From: Candidatus Eiseniibacteriota bacterium
GTDB taxonomy: Bacteria; Eisenbacteria; RBG-16-71-46; CAZAMP01
Length of the DNA stretch: 64,000 nucleotides
NCBI GenBank assembly: GCA_965224245.1
Contig: OZ245046.1
Span: 128,001 to 192,000, forward strand
Direction of reading: 5' to 3'
Both the position numbers and the translations under genes were made by a program. The number at the start of each line of letters is the position of its first letter. The stretch's first letter is position 1. The notes below the pieces were generated by a model that saw only the letters and a list, made by a program, of their open reading frames with translations, did not search any database and was not told the DNA's origin. This document shows positions 1 to 10,049 of the stretch, piece by piece.

Positions 1-962
1 GGCACCTCGGGGCACAGACTCTCGAGCGGTACGAATTCCTCATGGCGGATGGCGTGCACCACGTCCTCATCCCGCTCTGCCACGAACGGGCGGACTCCGG
101 CGATGATCTCGTACATCAGCACACCGGTCGACCACAGGTCCGCGCGGTGATCGACCTCGTGTCCGTCCAGCTGCTCGGGACTCATGTAGGCGATCGTTCC
201 CCCGTGGTCCCTCACGCGCCCCGGGTCGGCGTCGGACCGCCGGGCGACGCCGAAGTCGATGACCTTCACGATGCCCCGATCCGTGACGATCACGTTCCCG
301 GGCTTCACGTCGCAGTGCACGATGCCCGCCTCGTGTGCTCGCGACAGCGCATCGACGAGCTGGAGCGCGTGGCCGAGCGCGACACGATAGGGCAGTCTGC
401 CCCGACGGATCTTTCGGGCAAGCGTCTCCCCGGGGTAGAAGGCCATGACGATGTAGTGACGGACCTGCGGATGCTCTGGCGTGGGCTCGGTCGCGCCGAT
501 CTCGTGGACGACCGCAATGTTGGGGTGATCCAGGGCGGAGGCGGCTCGTGCCTCGCGGATCAGCCGTTCGCGGCCCGCCCCGTCCCGTTCGAAGGCGGGC
601 GGCAGGAACTTCAGCGCGACCTCCCGATCGAGCTCGACGTCGCGTGCGCGGTAGACGACGCCCATGCCGCCCCCGCCGAGCCGCTCGAGGATCTCGTAGC
701 CGCCGATGCGCTCACCGGCTCCGGCCACGTTCTCGTCGAGAGCCCGGAGGGCGTCCGGGAACACCCGCTCGCCGATCGACTCCAGGAACCGCGGCGCCGC
801 GTCATGAGAGCGGAGGAGCGACATGAGCTCCGCTGCCAGGTCGGGACGTCCTCTACACGCCCCCTCGATGAAGGCCGCCCGTTCCCCCGCCGGGATCGAA
901 AGGGCCCGGTCGAACAGCTCTGTGAGACGGTCGCGATCGGCCTCGCCGCGGCGGCCGGTCAT
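1..962 (-). CDS. Ser/Thr protein kinase (Hanks type), ECF-associated; 3' end runs off the window
   Basis: Manual translation from ATG at 962: [21 protein letters not shown]...[10 protein letters not shown]...VALK...HCDVKPGN...DFG...[14 protein letters not shown] overlap with the stop of the upstream sigma factor. Absent from the ORF track because there is no stop in the window. Confidence 0.93.
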   Translation of the reverse strand, partial: MTGRRGEADRDRLTELFDRALSIPAGERAAFIEGACRGRPDLAAELMSLLRSHDAAPRFLESIGERVFPDALRALDENVAGAGERIGGYEILERLGGGGMGVVYRARDVELDREVALKFLPPAFERDGAGRERLIREARAASALDHPNIAVVHEIGATEPTPEHPQVRHYIVMAFYPGETLARKIRRGRLPYRVALGHALQLVDALSRAHEAGIVHCDVKPGNVIVTDRGIVKVIDFGVARRSDADPGRVRDHGGTIAYMSPEQLDGHEVDHRADLWSTGVLMYEIIAGVRPFVAERDEDVVHAIRHEEFVPLESLCPEV

Positions 963-1558
963 CCCGGGGACTCCATCTCGCGATGGAGCCAGGCCTGTGC
1001 GATGACCCAGCCCCGTTTGACCGTGCGCGGCGAGATCTCGAGCGCGACCGCGGTCTCCTCCGTGGTCATCCCCCCGAAGAAGCGACACTCGACGATTCGG
1101 CTACCCCGCGGGTCGACCTCCTCCAGCCGCCGGAGCGCATCGTCGAGCGTGACCAGGGTCTCGAGCAACCGCCAGCGTTGATCCACGTCCGGGATCTCGT
1201 CCGGCGATGCCTCGCCGTCCGGCCCGAGCGCGACCACGGTGACTCCGCCACCTCGCTTCAGAGCTCCCCGGTCTCGCGCGTAGTTGCAGAGGATGTGGCG
1301 CATGGCTCGGGCCGCCAGCGAGCGGAAGTGAGCGCGGCTCTCCGCTCGCACCCGACGCTGGCCCAGGAGGCGAACGTATGCCTCGTGCACGAGCGCGGTG
1401 GTGTTGAGCGTGTAGTCGCCTCGCCAGCGGTGGCGCTGGCGGCGGGCCAGCTCCTTGAGCTCGTCGTAGATGAGCGCGAAGAGCTCGTCCAGCGCGGCCT
1501 GATCGCCACGCTCGAGATCCGCGAGCAGCCTCGTCACAGTTTCCTGGTCGTCACTCAA
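959..1558 (-). CDS. ECF RNA polymerase sigma factor (ECF43/TIGR02999-like)
   Basis: VTRLL...GDQAALDELFALIYDELKELARRQ...TLNTTALVHEAY...VECRFFGGMT.EETA..L.IS..TVKR.W..AQAWL. TTG start at 1558 is inferred. Confidence 0.92.
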   Translation of the reverse strand: MSDDQETVTRLLADLERGDQAALDELFALIYDELKELARRQRHRWRGDYTLNTTALVHEAYVRLLGQRRVRAESRAHFRSLAARAMRHILCNYARDRGALKRGGGVTVVALGPDGEASPDEIPDVDQRWRLLETLVTLDDALRRLEEVDPRGSRIVECRFFGGMTTEETAVALEISPRTVKRGWVIAQAWLHREMESPG

Positions 1559-1829
1559 CCGGGTGTCCCCCGAGAAGCGGCCGGTTCGGACGACCGGCAA
1601 GACCGCCGGTCGAGATGCCTTCACCATACCACCCCGCGGGGCGGATTCCGCCTCACCCGGCCCCGACCGGCAGGCGCTCGCCACGTCCCAAATCCGTGAT
1701 CCGAAATCACTTGCCGGTACCCAGGCCCGTGCGTCCCCGACCCGTGGCCCCTTCCTCCGCGAGACCGGGTATCTGGGATTGAAGGCCGCCGCGTTCACCG
1801 TCGGCCAGAAACCAACCCAGGAGGATCCG

Positions 1830-2369
1830 ATGAACTCGCTCAAGCTGACCGCCCTGATCGTCGCACTCGCCGCCACCACCGGCTGCGATCGCACCACCGC
1901 ACCAGGTGACGCCGCCCATGTCGCCACTCACTCTCTGCGCAGCCCCGATCACGTCGCCGTGGCTGGCACATTCGCCCAGACCGGGATCACGAGTCTCGAC
2001 TATCGACCCGTGGGCGACACGACGATCATCGAACAGACCTCCGTCGGCTCGATCTCGGGCACGATGAACGGAGGCTACTCGGACGAGATCCGCGTGGTGG
2101 TCGCTCCCAACGGCTCCTTCACCGCCGAGTTCACGATCACCGCCGAGTGCTCGGTGAACGGTCGGAGTGGCGTGGTCGTACTGCAGGCGACCGACGTCGG
2201 AGAGGTGGTCAGCCCGGACCTCGCAACCTTCGCGGGACAGGCCGCGATCGTGGACGCCTCGGGCGAGCTCTCCGGTCTTCGCGGCGTGCTCGAGATCGAG
2301 GGCACGATCGAGTTCCCCAGTGGACTGGCGACCTACGACTACTCCGGCGATCTGCGTCTGCCCAGCTAG
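1830..2369 (+). CDS. Hypothetical lipoprotein (beta-rich)
   Basis: SD AGGAGG before ATG 1830; signal peptide MNSLKLTALIVALAATTG-C; divergent from the ECF-kinase pair. Confidence 0.75.
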   Translation: MNSLKLTALIVALAATTGCDRTTAPGDAAHVATHSLRSPDHVAVAGTFAQTGITSLDYRPVGDTTIIEQTSVGSISGTMNGGYSDEIRVVVAPNGSFTAEFTITAECSVNGRSGVVVLQATDVGEVVSPDLATFAGQAAIVDASGELSGLRGVLEIEGTIEFPSGLATYDYSGDLRLPS

Positions 2370-2400
2370 ACGGCGCCTGCCAGGCCCGGCCCGCCCCGGT

Positions 2401-2580
2401 GGCGGGCCGGTGGCGAAGGGCGATGCTTCCGAGCTCGCGGCACGATCGGAAGGCAGACCTCGCGGATCGGGACGGTGACGACTACGAGCATCCGCGTTCC
2501 AGGCGTAGAATGGACGTGTGGACGACGCGGCGAGGCTGGCGAGGTGCCGGCCCTGCGTGCATCGCCGAGTGCCGGTGGTT
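2401..2580 (+). repeat. Intergenic direct repeat, copy 1
   Basis: 2401-2510 aligns ungapped to 5341-5450 at 94/110 identities by manual count; similarity continues to about 2580. Confidence 0.9.
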
Positions 2581-2590
2581 CGAGATCACG

Positions 2591-3028
2591 ATGATCCGGG
2601 AAATGATCGCAGAGGACACCGAGCGGGTCGGGGAGATCTGGCTCGAAGCGTCACTCCAGGCGCATCACTTCGTCCCCGCCGAGTTCTGGCGTGCGGATCA
2701 CCGGGTGATGGTGGACGAGATCCTCCCGGCGGCGAAGGGATACGTCCATCTGACCGGCGGCGTGATCGACGGATTCATCACCAGCCGGGACGGTGTCATC
2801 TTCTGTCTGTTCGTGGATCCCGCCCGACAGAATCGAGGGATTGGTCGCTCGCTTCTCGAGCACGTGCAATCACGGAGCAAGGCGCTACGACTGACCGTCT
2901 ACGCGGAGAATGCCGGTGCCCGTCGTTTCTACGAGCGCCATGGCTTTCGATCCGTGGGGTCGTCGGTATGCCGCTACACCGGACGTCCGGAGCTCATCAT
3001 GACGTGGCGACCGCGTCGGAATCGCTGA
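2591..3028 (+). CDS. GNAT family N-acetyltransferase (YjaB-like)
   Basis: IWLEAS..AHHFVP..FW; LFVDPARQNRGIGRSLL (motif A); VYAENAGARRFYERHGF (motif B). Confidence 0.9.
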   Translation: MIREMIAEDTERVGEIWLEASLQAHHFVPAEFWRADHRVMVDEILPAAKGYVHLTGGVIDGFITSRDGVIFCLFVDPARQNRGIGRSLLEHVQSRSKALRLTVYAENAGARRFYERHGFRSVGSSVCRYTGRPELIMTWRPRRNR

Positions 3029-3056
3029 CGGGAGCACGACGACGAGGAGCGGTCCG

Positions 3057-5144
3057 TTACCGGATGAAGAGCAGCTTCAGGCTCCCAGACTCCTCCGGCG
3101 TGGTCACCCGGACCAGGTAGACGCCGGTCACGACGAGCCTGCCTCGGTCGTCCCGGCCGTCCCAGTGCAGTCTAGCGTCTCCGTGCCCCATCACGCCTCG
3201 TGTGAGACGTCGGACGCGACCTCCACGTGCATCGAATACATCCACGGTCACGAAGCGGTCGCGATCGAGCTCGAGCACGAGCTCGGCTGCGCCCCGGGCC
3301 GGGTTCGACTGCGTCCGGATCAACGGATTGGGCATCGAGGGATCCGCGTCGAACACCGCCGTCACACCGCTCAGGAACTCGAATGCGCCGATGTCCACGA
3401 TCGGCGGTGTGCCGAGACCGGTGTCCGCGGTCGAAGGATCGTCTTGAAACCGCGGCTCTCCCGCGAAGTCCTCCGGCAGCGACTCGGTCCGGTCCTCGTC
3501 GTCGTCGAGATCGCCGACGTCGGCTGGAACCTCGGAGTTGTCGCCGGCGTCGATGGCCGGCGAGCCCGGGCCGAGACGAAAGTCACCCACGCCCGGGTTC
3601 ACGAACAGCGGGTCACCATCGATGTTCCCCTCGCCGGGGTCGACGAGCCCCTGGACCAGACAGAAGGTCATGTCCCTCGGCTCGCCGGCGATCTGTCCCG
3701 CTTCGGACTGATCGCCATTGACGTCGTTGTTCCAGAGCACGTTGTTGCTGACCTGCGCGGCCACCCCACCCTGTGCGACGTTCACCGCTCCCCCCGATCC
3801 AGTGGCCGAGTTCTCGGTGAACGTGTTGCCGCCGATGCGCAGGGCATCACATCGAGAGGTGGCCACGGCACCCCCGTTCGTGGCCTCGTTGCCGTGAAAG
3901 AGGGAGCCGAAGACGTCGAGCGCGCCGGCGCGAGAGTGGACGGGGGATTGAACCTGACACACGCCGCCTCCCCAGACGGCCGAGTTACCGACGAAGCGCG
4001 ATCGGATCACGGTCGCGTCGATGCTCCACAGGAGCAACCCTCCGCCGACCCCGCCGCTGGTGCTGTTGTTCTCGAAGTGGCAGTCCTGAAAGAGTGCCTT
4101 CTCGGTGTCCGGGATCGTCGACAGCCTGAAATGCCAGATGGCCCCTGCCTGAACCAGGGACCGGTTGTCCACGAACGTGCAGCGCAGGAATGTCTTCGAG
4201 GCCGGTTGACGCGGCTCTTGATCGACGATCGCGCCCCCGTACTGCGCGAAATTGCCGGTGAAGGAACAGTCGGTGACGATCAGCTCCCGGGCGGCGGCCG
4301 ACCAGAGCGCGCCGGCAACCTGCTGCTCGGCGAAGTTGCCGGTGAACGCGCAGTCCGTCACGGTGCATGTGACCGTCTCGGTCTCGCTCGGAGCGTAGAT
4401 CGCGAGAGCACCGCCGTTCATGCCCCGGTTGGTCAGGAACTCGCACTCCGTGACGAGATACTCCCCGACTCGCAGGAAGACCGCGCCCCCCAGGCCGCCC
4501 GTGTCCGGCTCGTCCCATCCACACCGGTTGAACTCGAACCGGCAGTTCGAGAGTGTGAAGAGGCTCCGTTCGATGAGCATCCCGCCACCGCCGGTCATGA
4601 GTGCACCGTCGAAGTCGGCGTTGCCGCCGCGAACGATGAACCCGTCGAAGGTGACCGGCTCGATCAGATCGAAGCCCGTGACGACGTGGTGCGCATTCTC
4701 CTCGTAGTTCTGAAATCCGGGCAGGGGGGGAATCTCGCCCGCGCCCACGCGGGTGGGGAACTGGATCACGTCGTCACCGGCGAAGTCGCCGGACAGCACG
4801 GTCGGGTGGGCTCCCGGCACGCGCTCGTCCACGGAAGTCTCGTTGCCGGCGAATCCGCCGTAGAGCGAGACGCCGCTCACCAGCTCGAAGGCGTCGTCCC
4901 GGTCGCCGAGGCCGCGGTCGGGGGTGTATACACCCTCGGCCACCCAGATCTCCTCGATCGCCGGCTCGAGCGTGGCCGCGCTCAGAGCTTGGTGGAGGCT
5001 TCGGTAGGCCTCTGCCCAGCTACCGCCTTCACCTCCGGCGGGGGCGTCGACGTCGACGTAGACGATCGGCTGGGCGGAAACGGCCGCGGCGAGGAGGGCC
5101 GAGGCGGCACATACGACGAATCCTTCGGCGATGGGTTGGGGCAC
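3057..5144 (-). CDS. Secreted parallel beta-helix (choice-of-anchor Q / Pmp-like) protein with FlgD-Ig CTD
   Basis: Signal peptide; IVYVD..A..GG.SW..AY..L..AL; repeated F.GN.A..GGA; GNIDGDPLFV...DFRL.PGSPAIDAG; C-terminus VFDARG..VRRL...WDGRDDRG..V.TGVY.VR...KLLFIR. Confidence 0.88.
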   Translation of the reverse strand: MPQPIAEGFVVCAASALLAAAVSAQPIVYVDVDAPAGGEGGSWAEAYRSLHQALSAATLEPAIEEIWVAEGVYTPDRGLGDRDDAFELVSGVSLYGGFAGNETSVDERVPGAHPTVLSGDFAGDDVIQFPTRVGAGEIPPLPGFQNYEENAHHVVTGFDLIEPVTFDGFIVRGGNADFDGALMTGGGGMLIERSLFTLSNCRFEFNRCGWDEPDTGGLGGAVFLRVGEYLVTECEFLTNRGMNGGALAIYAPSETETVTCTVTDCAFTGNFAEQQVAGALWSAAARELIVTDCSFTGNFAQYGGAIVDQEPRQPASKTFLRCTFVDNRSLVQAGAIWHFRLSTIPDTEKALFQDCHFENNSTSGGVGGGLLLWSIDATVIRSRFVGNSAVWGGGVCQVQSPVHSRAGALDVFGSLFHGNEATNGGAVATSRCDALRIGGNTFTENSATGSGGAVNVAQGGVAAQVSNNVLWNNDVNGDQSEAGQIAGEPRDMTFCLVQGLVDPGEGNIDGDPLFVNPGVGDFRLGPGSPAIDAGDNSEVPADVGDLDDDEDRTESLPEDFAGEPRFQDDPSTADTGLGTPPIVDIGAFEFLSGVTAVFDADPSMPNPLIRTQSNPARGAAELVLELDRDRFVTVDVFDARGGRVRRLTRGVMGHGDARLHWDGRDDRGRLVVTGVYLVRVTTPEESGSLKLLFIR

Positions 5145-5297
5145 GATACACGCTCCGGGTCGTTGTCAGCTGACGCATCTCATCTCGAAGACGCCCCGCC
5201 GACGCCGATGATACACGCAACTCGTCCAGAGATGAGGCCCGCGGAGTCGGCCGCGGAGTCGTGGACCATCTCGGGTCGGTTACTCGGGGTTCCTCCT

Positions 5298-5313
5298 GCA
5301 AGTGATCACTTGC
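5298..5313. promoter_or_regulatory. Perfect 16-bp palindrome GCAAGTGATCACTTGC
   Basis: Self-complementary; lies between divergent genes, just upstream of repeat copy 2. Confidence 0.5.
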
Positions 5314-5340
5314 CAGGCGTTTGACGGCGCCTCGGCAGAC

Positions 5341-5522
5341 GGCGAGCCGGTGGCGAAGGGCGATGCTCGCGAGCTGACGGCACGATCGGAAAGCAGACCT
5401 CGCGAATCGAGGGAGTGACGATTACGAGCATTGGCGTTTCGGGCGTAGAATGTGAGGTATGGACGACGCGGCGAGGCAGCCCAGATGCCGATTTGGCACG
5501 AATCGCCGAAGCGTCGGTGGAT
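5341..5522 (+). repeat. Intergenic direct repeat, copy 2
   Basis: See copy 1; offset 2940 nt. Confidence 0.9.
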
Positions 5523-5787
5523 GGTCGGGAGAGGGAAGGCCGGAGGGGTTGCGGCGCATCGCTGCAATCGCACTCGTGTTCGGGGATGGTGGAGAGACAG
5601 AAGCCAGTCACGGAGGTAAGTGCCGACACCGTATCCATGGGCGAGATGGAGAGGAAAGCCGATGTGGAATCGACAGAGCGGACGACGTTCCCGACCTTTC
5701 AGTGCCACCGGCCCGTCACCGACGTCGCCCAGCTCCGGATCACGCCGGCCACCGACACACTGCCGACGTGTCGCGCTTCTCTCGATC

Positions 5788-7995
5788 GTGACGCTCCGCG
5801 TTCCCTCACCCCTCACGGTGGCTGCCCTCCTTCTGATCCCGTCCGGCTCCACTCTCTCGTCGACCGTCCACGACGTCTCCCACCGTACGTTGCTGACCAT
5901 GCTGGGCGAAGCGAGTGAGGACCGCTTCGGCTACGCCTCCAGCGCCGGTGACGTCAACGGCGACGGTCATGTGGACCTCATCCTCGCAGGACCCTTCAAC
6001 GACGCGGGGGGGGCGGACGCGGGGCGGGCGTACATCTACCTCGGCGGACCGGGAGCCGATGCGATCGCAGACGTCGTGTTGACCGGAATCGAGGGCGAGC
6101 ACTTCGGCTTCTCCGCCTCCGGCGCGGGGGACGTGAACGGCGACGGCTTCGACGACGTGATCGTGGGCGCCGGCACGAACTCCCAGGTTGCGACGTCGGC
6201 GGGGGCGGCCTACGTGTACTACGGTGGTGATCCGATGGACGCAACCATCGATCTCACCTTCCTCGGCGGCTCGGCCGACGATCAGTTCGGGATCTCCGTA
6301 TCGGGCGCGGGGGACATGAACGGCGACGGGTTCGGCGACGTGATCACCGGCGCGTTCCTGGATGACACGAGCAGCAATACCGCCGGCCGCGCGTATGTCT
6401 TCTACGGAGGCGCCGCACCCGACACCACCTCGGATCTCCAGCTGGACGGAGAAGCGTTCAACGACTTCTTCGGTCGATGCGTCTCGGGGGCGGGGGACAT
6501 GAACGGCGATGGCTATGACGACGTGGTCGTCGGGGCGCCGGGCTTCTCGGGCTTCAGCGGCAAGGTGTACATCTTCTTCGGTGCGGCGGCTCCCGACACG
6601 ATCCCCGACCACACCATCGTCGGAGAGTCGCTCGACCAGCTGGGCCGCTCGGTCTCGGGCGCAGGGGATGTGAACGGCGACGGTCGCGATGATGTGATTG
6701 CCGGCGCTCACCTGCACGACGACCCGATCTTCGGCACGACGGACGTCGGAGTCGCCCATCTGCTCTCGATCGGTCAGAGTGGGACGCTGTTGACGTTCTC
6801 CTTCGCCGGCACCGAGGAAGCCGGACAGCTCGGCTACGGGGTGTCCGGGGCAGGCGATGTGAACGGCGATGGCTTCGACGACGTGATCGTCGGCGCGTTG
6901 CTGGAAGACGCGGGTAGCGTGCCGGGCTCCGACGTGGGACGCGCACACATCTTCTTCGGGAGCGATGCGCTCGACATCCTCGACACGAGTGCCGACCTCG
7001 TGCTCAACGGGACGACCGTGGGCGAGCACTTCGGCGACATCGTCGCGGGTGCGGGGGACTTCACGGGAGATGGGTTCGACGACCTGATCGTGGGTGCGAC
7101 GGTGAACGACGAGTCCGGTGTCAACGCGGGCAAAGCGTATGTCGTCGACGTGTACCGCTACGTTCTCGTGTCCCCCCACGGCGGTGAGATCTGGCCGGTA
7201 GGCTCCCTGCAGACGATACGCTGGCTTGGACCGACCCCGGCGGATCTGCTGCTCTCGGTCGACGGCGGGTTGTCCTACGACGAGATCGTGTCGAACGCCG
7301 GAGGGAGCGAGAGCAACGTGACCACCCTACGGGTTCCGCACGCGCCGACCCGATTCGCGGCGTTGAAGGTCGTGCCCGCCGACGACACCGTGCTCGGGAG
7401 CGCAACGTCGGACTCGCTGTTCACGATCGACGCGTCAATCGTGCTGGGGTTCCTTCGAGCCGATCCGGCACCCGACGGATCGCGCGGCGTCGTCGTTTCC
7501 TGGAGTACCGATCCTGGGCCGGAGGATCTTCGCGGGTATCGTCTGGAGCGGACGACCGCGCAGGAGGACTGGGACACCATGGTGGAGCTCACCACCGACA
7601 CCGAGCTTCACGACCCCGCCGGGACGCCCGGCACACGCTATCGTCTGACGGTGATCAACGGGCTCGGGGAGTCGCTCGTACTGGGCGAGACCACGGTCGC
7701 TCCTTCGGAGCTGCTGGCCGCGACGCCGCTACCCTATCGGGGGGGAACGATGGCGATCACGTTCGCGACCTTCGGGGGCCAAAGCGAGGAGCTCGGCGAT
7801 GCCGAGGTCGCGCTGTTCGACATTGCCGGGCGTCGGGTCCGCCTCATCGCATCGGGCCGCCATCCGGCCGGCCTGCAGCGGACGAGCTGGGACGGCCGGG
7901 ACGAGGTCGGACATCTGGTACCGCCAGGGGTGTACTTCCTGCGGGTGCAGTCGGGAGGGCCGGTCACGACCCTGAAGCTGCCGGTCGTCCGATGA
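5788..7995 (+). CDS. Secreted FG-GAP (integrin-alpha beta-propeller) repeat protein with FlgD-Ig CTD
   Basis: Seven (S/A)GAGD(V/M/F)(N/T)GDG.DD.I.GA-type repeats; CTD ends KLPVVR. GTG start at 5788 is uncertain. Confidence 0.9.
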   Translation: MTLRVPSPLTVAALLLIPSGSTLSSTVHDVSHRTLLTMLGEASEDRFGYASSAGDVNGDGHVDLILAGPFNDAGGADAGRAYIYLGGPGADAIADVVLTGIEGEHFGFSASGAGDVNGDGFDDVIVGAGTNSQVATSAGAAYVYYGGDPMDATIDLTFLGGSADDQFGISVSGAGDMNGDGFGDVITGAFLDDTSSNTAGRAYVFYGGAAPDTTSDLQLDGEAFNDFFGRCVSGAGDMNGDGYDDVVVGAPGFSGFSGKVYIFFGAAAPDTIPDHTIVGESLDQLGRSVSGAGDVNGDGRDDVIAGAHLHDDPIFGTTDVGVAHLLSIGQSGTLLTFSFAGTEEAGQLGYGVSGAGDVNGDGFDDVIVGALLEDAGSVPGSDVGRAHIFFGSDALDILDTSADLVLNGTTVGEHFGDIVAGAGDFTGDGFDDLIVGATVNDESGVNAGKAYVVDVYRYVLVSPHGGEIWPVGSLQTIRWLGPTPADLLLSVDGGLSYDEIVSNAGGSESNVTTLRVPHAPTRFAALKVVPADDTVLGSATSDSLFTIDASIVLGFLRADPAPDGSRGVVVSWSTDPGPEDLRGYRLERTTAQEDWDTMVELTTDTELHDPAGTPGTRYRLTVINGLGESLVLGETTVAPSELLAATPLPYRGGTMAITFATFGGQSEELGDAEVALFDIAGRRVRLIASGRHPAGLQRTSWDGRDEVGHLVPPGVYFLRVQSGGPVTTLKLPVVR

Positions 7996-8243
7996 GGCGA
8001 TGAAGAGCAGGTTGAGCGCACCGTCGGACGCGATGACCTTGGTGATCACCTGATCCGTCGCGTCCCCGCCATCGATGGTTACTGCGTCGTGACCCGGCCG
8101 CGGGAGTGCCTTGGGAACGATACAACAGGAGACGTCGAACGGATGAGATTCGCCGAGAGATCACGCACGCCGGCCATACCCCCTGACTCCAAGACGCCCG
8201 TGCGCCCTCCGTCCGTGGACGCAGGTGCGCCGGGCTCCGCCCG

Positions 8244-9410
8244 TCATCTCAGCAGCGCCGCCTTCCGTGTCCCGACGACCCGCTCATCGACACTCAGCAC
8301 GTAGACATACACGCCGCTGGGCATCGGTGACCCGGTCGCATCGCGACCATCCCAGGTGACCGAGTGCTCACCGGCGGGAAGGTGGTCATCCACGAGCCGT
8401 CGCAGGAAGCGGCCGTTGACGTCGTACACCAGAATCCGGCTCGAGCCGGCCGTCCCGAGCGTGAACGGAAGGGTCGTCGTCGGGTTGAACGGGTTCGGAT
8501 ACGGGGCGAGGATCATGCTCCGGACCAGTGGTGGGGAGGCGCCAACGGAGATCGTGCCGGATAGGGTCCAGATGTCCCAGTCGTCGATGCCGTCGCCATC
8601 GTCACGGTCGGACCGGAACGCGATCTGACTGCCGTCGGGTGACCAGGCGGCGGCCCGGTCATCCGCCGGGCTGGCGGTCATCCGCCGCTCCATGCCGCCG
8701 GTCGCCGGGACCGTCCAGATGTCGTAATTGGAGTCGCGGTATCGAAAGAAGGCGATCTCATCATTGACCGACCAGTGGGGACCACCTTCCTCGTCGAGGC
8801 TGGTGGTGACCTGGGTCAGGGTGCCGTCCGACAGCCGGATCCGCCAGATGTTGGTGTCACCGCCTCGGTCGGACCGGAAGGCGAGCTGACTGCCGTCGGG
8901 TGACCAGGTGGGATGGGTGTCGCTGGCGCTGGGATAGTCGGTGATGTTGGTCACCGCGCCGTCTGACAGTCGGACCACGCAGATGTCAACGTTCTCCCAG
9001 AAGGCAATCCGGCTGCCGTCAGGCGACCAGGCGGGTATGTACTCGCCACCGGGGAGGTTGGTGACCTGGGTCAGCTCGCCGTCCGACAGCCGGATCACCC
9101 AGATGTCGCTGCTGCCGCCTCGCCACGACCGGAAGGCGATCCGCTCACCGTCGGGCGACCAGTCGGGCTGGGTGTCCGCGTCCGGATGCGTGGTGATCTG
9201 GGTCAGCTCGCCGTCCGACAGCCGGATCACCCAGATGTCGTCATTGCCGCTACGGTTGGACACGAATGCGATGTGGGTGCCCTCGGGCGACCATGCAGGA
9301 TACGAGTCGTTGGCCGGGTCGGTGGTGATCTGAGTGTGCGACAGAGCCCCCTGCGAGCCGAGGGCGAGCGCCGCACAGGCGGACAGAACGGAGACCAGGA
9401 TGGATCTCAT
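8244..9410 (-). CDS. Secreted TolB-like/PD40 beta-propeller protein with FlgD-Ig CTD
   Basis: Six P.WSP(D/E)G..IAF-type repeats; PYPNPFNPTT...WDGRD..G..MPSGVY; SD GAGGAG before ATG 9410. Confidence 0.92.
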   Translation of the reverse strand: MRSILVSVLSACAALALGSQGALSHTQITTDPANDSYPAWSPEGTHIAFVSNRSGNDDIWVIRLSDGELTQITTHPDADTQPDWSPDGERIAFRSWRGGSSDIWVIRLSDGELTQVTNLPGGEYIPAWSPDGSRIAFWENVDICVVRLSDGAVTNITDYPSASDTHPTWSPDGSQLAFRSDRGGDTNIWRIRLSDGTLTQVTTSLDEEGGPHWSVNDEIAFFRYRDSNYDIWTVPATGGMERRMTASPADDRAAAWSPDGSQIAFRSDRDDGDGIDDWDIWTLSGTISVGASPPLVRSMILAPYPNPFNPTTTLPFTLGTAGSSRILVYDVNGRFLRRLVDDHLPAGEHSVTWDGRDATGSPMPSGVYVYVLSVDERVVGTRKAALLR

Positions 9411-9592
9411 CGGACTCCTCCAGGATGGATGCCGTTTGGCGCTACCGGAAGAGAGCGCCACTGCGCCGGCGTTCCTCGGCTTCGTGGGCGCGCACCCCGT
9501 GAGCGATGGTCCCCGTCCATCTGCCGGGGATCCGACCGTTCCCGATCGGCGGTGCGCAGTTTCGGGCGGAATGCACGAGAAGTCGCCGACAG

Positions 9593-9700
9593 CAGGAGTA
9601 GCGCATGGGTGGGAACAACGTGCGTCTCGACCTCCAGGTAGCGGCCACCAACCCTGCGAGGGACGAGATCGGCGGAGGTCGAACGAGAGAGGGAATCCTG
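9593..9700 (+). pseudogene. Possible decayed fragment of a sigma-54 activator (NtrC-type AAA+) domain
   Basis: Reads QE*RMGGNNVRLDLQVAATNPARDEIGGGRTRE, resembling QE..F.RVGG...I.VDVRVIAATNRDL...V..GRFRE. Confidence 0.3.
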
Positions 9701-10049
9701 CGACCCAGTCCCGCGAGACGACGCGTGAGCCCGGTGCCCGTCAAATCGGGCATCGTCGGAATCACGCGCTCGTGGTCGCGCTTTGCCTGCCGGCACCCGC
9801 CAAGCCGACCCGACACCCCATATTATCCAACGACCTGGACGAGTGTTTCAACCGGGTAGACGACGCATCCTCGGCTCATCCCGACGGCGGCCTCGTGGCC
9901 GGATCGGCACAAGGTCAACGGGAGCAGAGGATTGTGGGATCAGGCCGTCGACCGGCGGGCGAGGTACCATCATGGGTGGAACGATCAAACCGCTCGAACT
10001 GGCGGGGTGGGCGGTCCGCTGGGTCACGAGATGCTCCGGAGGTCAGGAC

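Noticed and set aside
9060-9260. Near-identical ~45-bp DNA repeats (GGGTCAGCTCGCCGTCCGACAGCCGGATCACCCAGATGTCG)
   Set aside because: Propeller-blade duplications inside the PD40 gene. There is no reverse transcriptase and no adenine-specific variation, so not a DGR template/variable pair.
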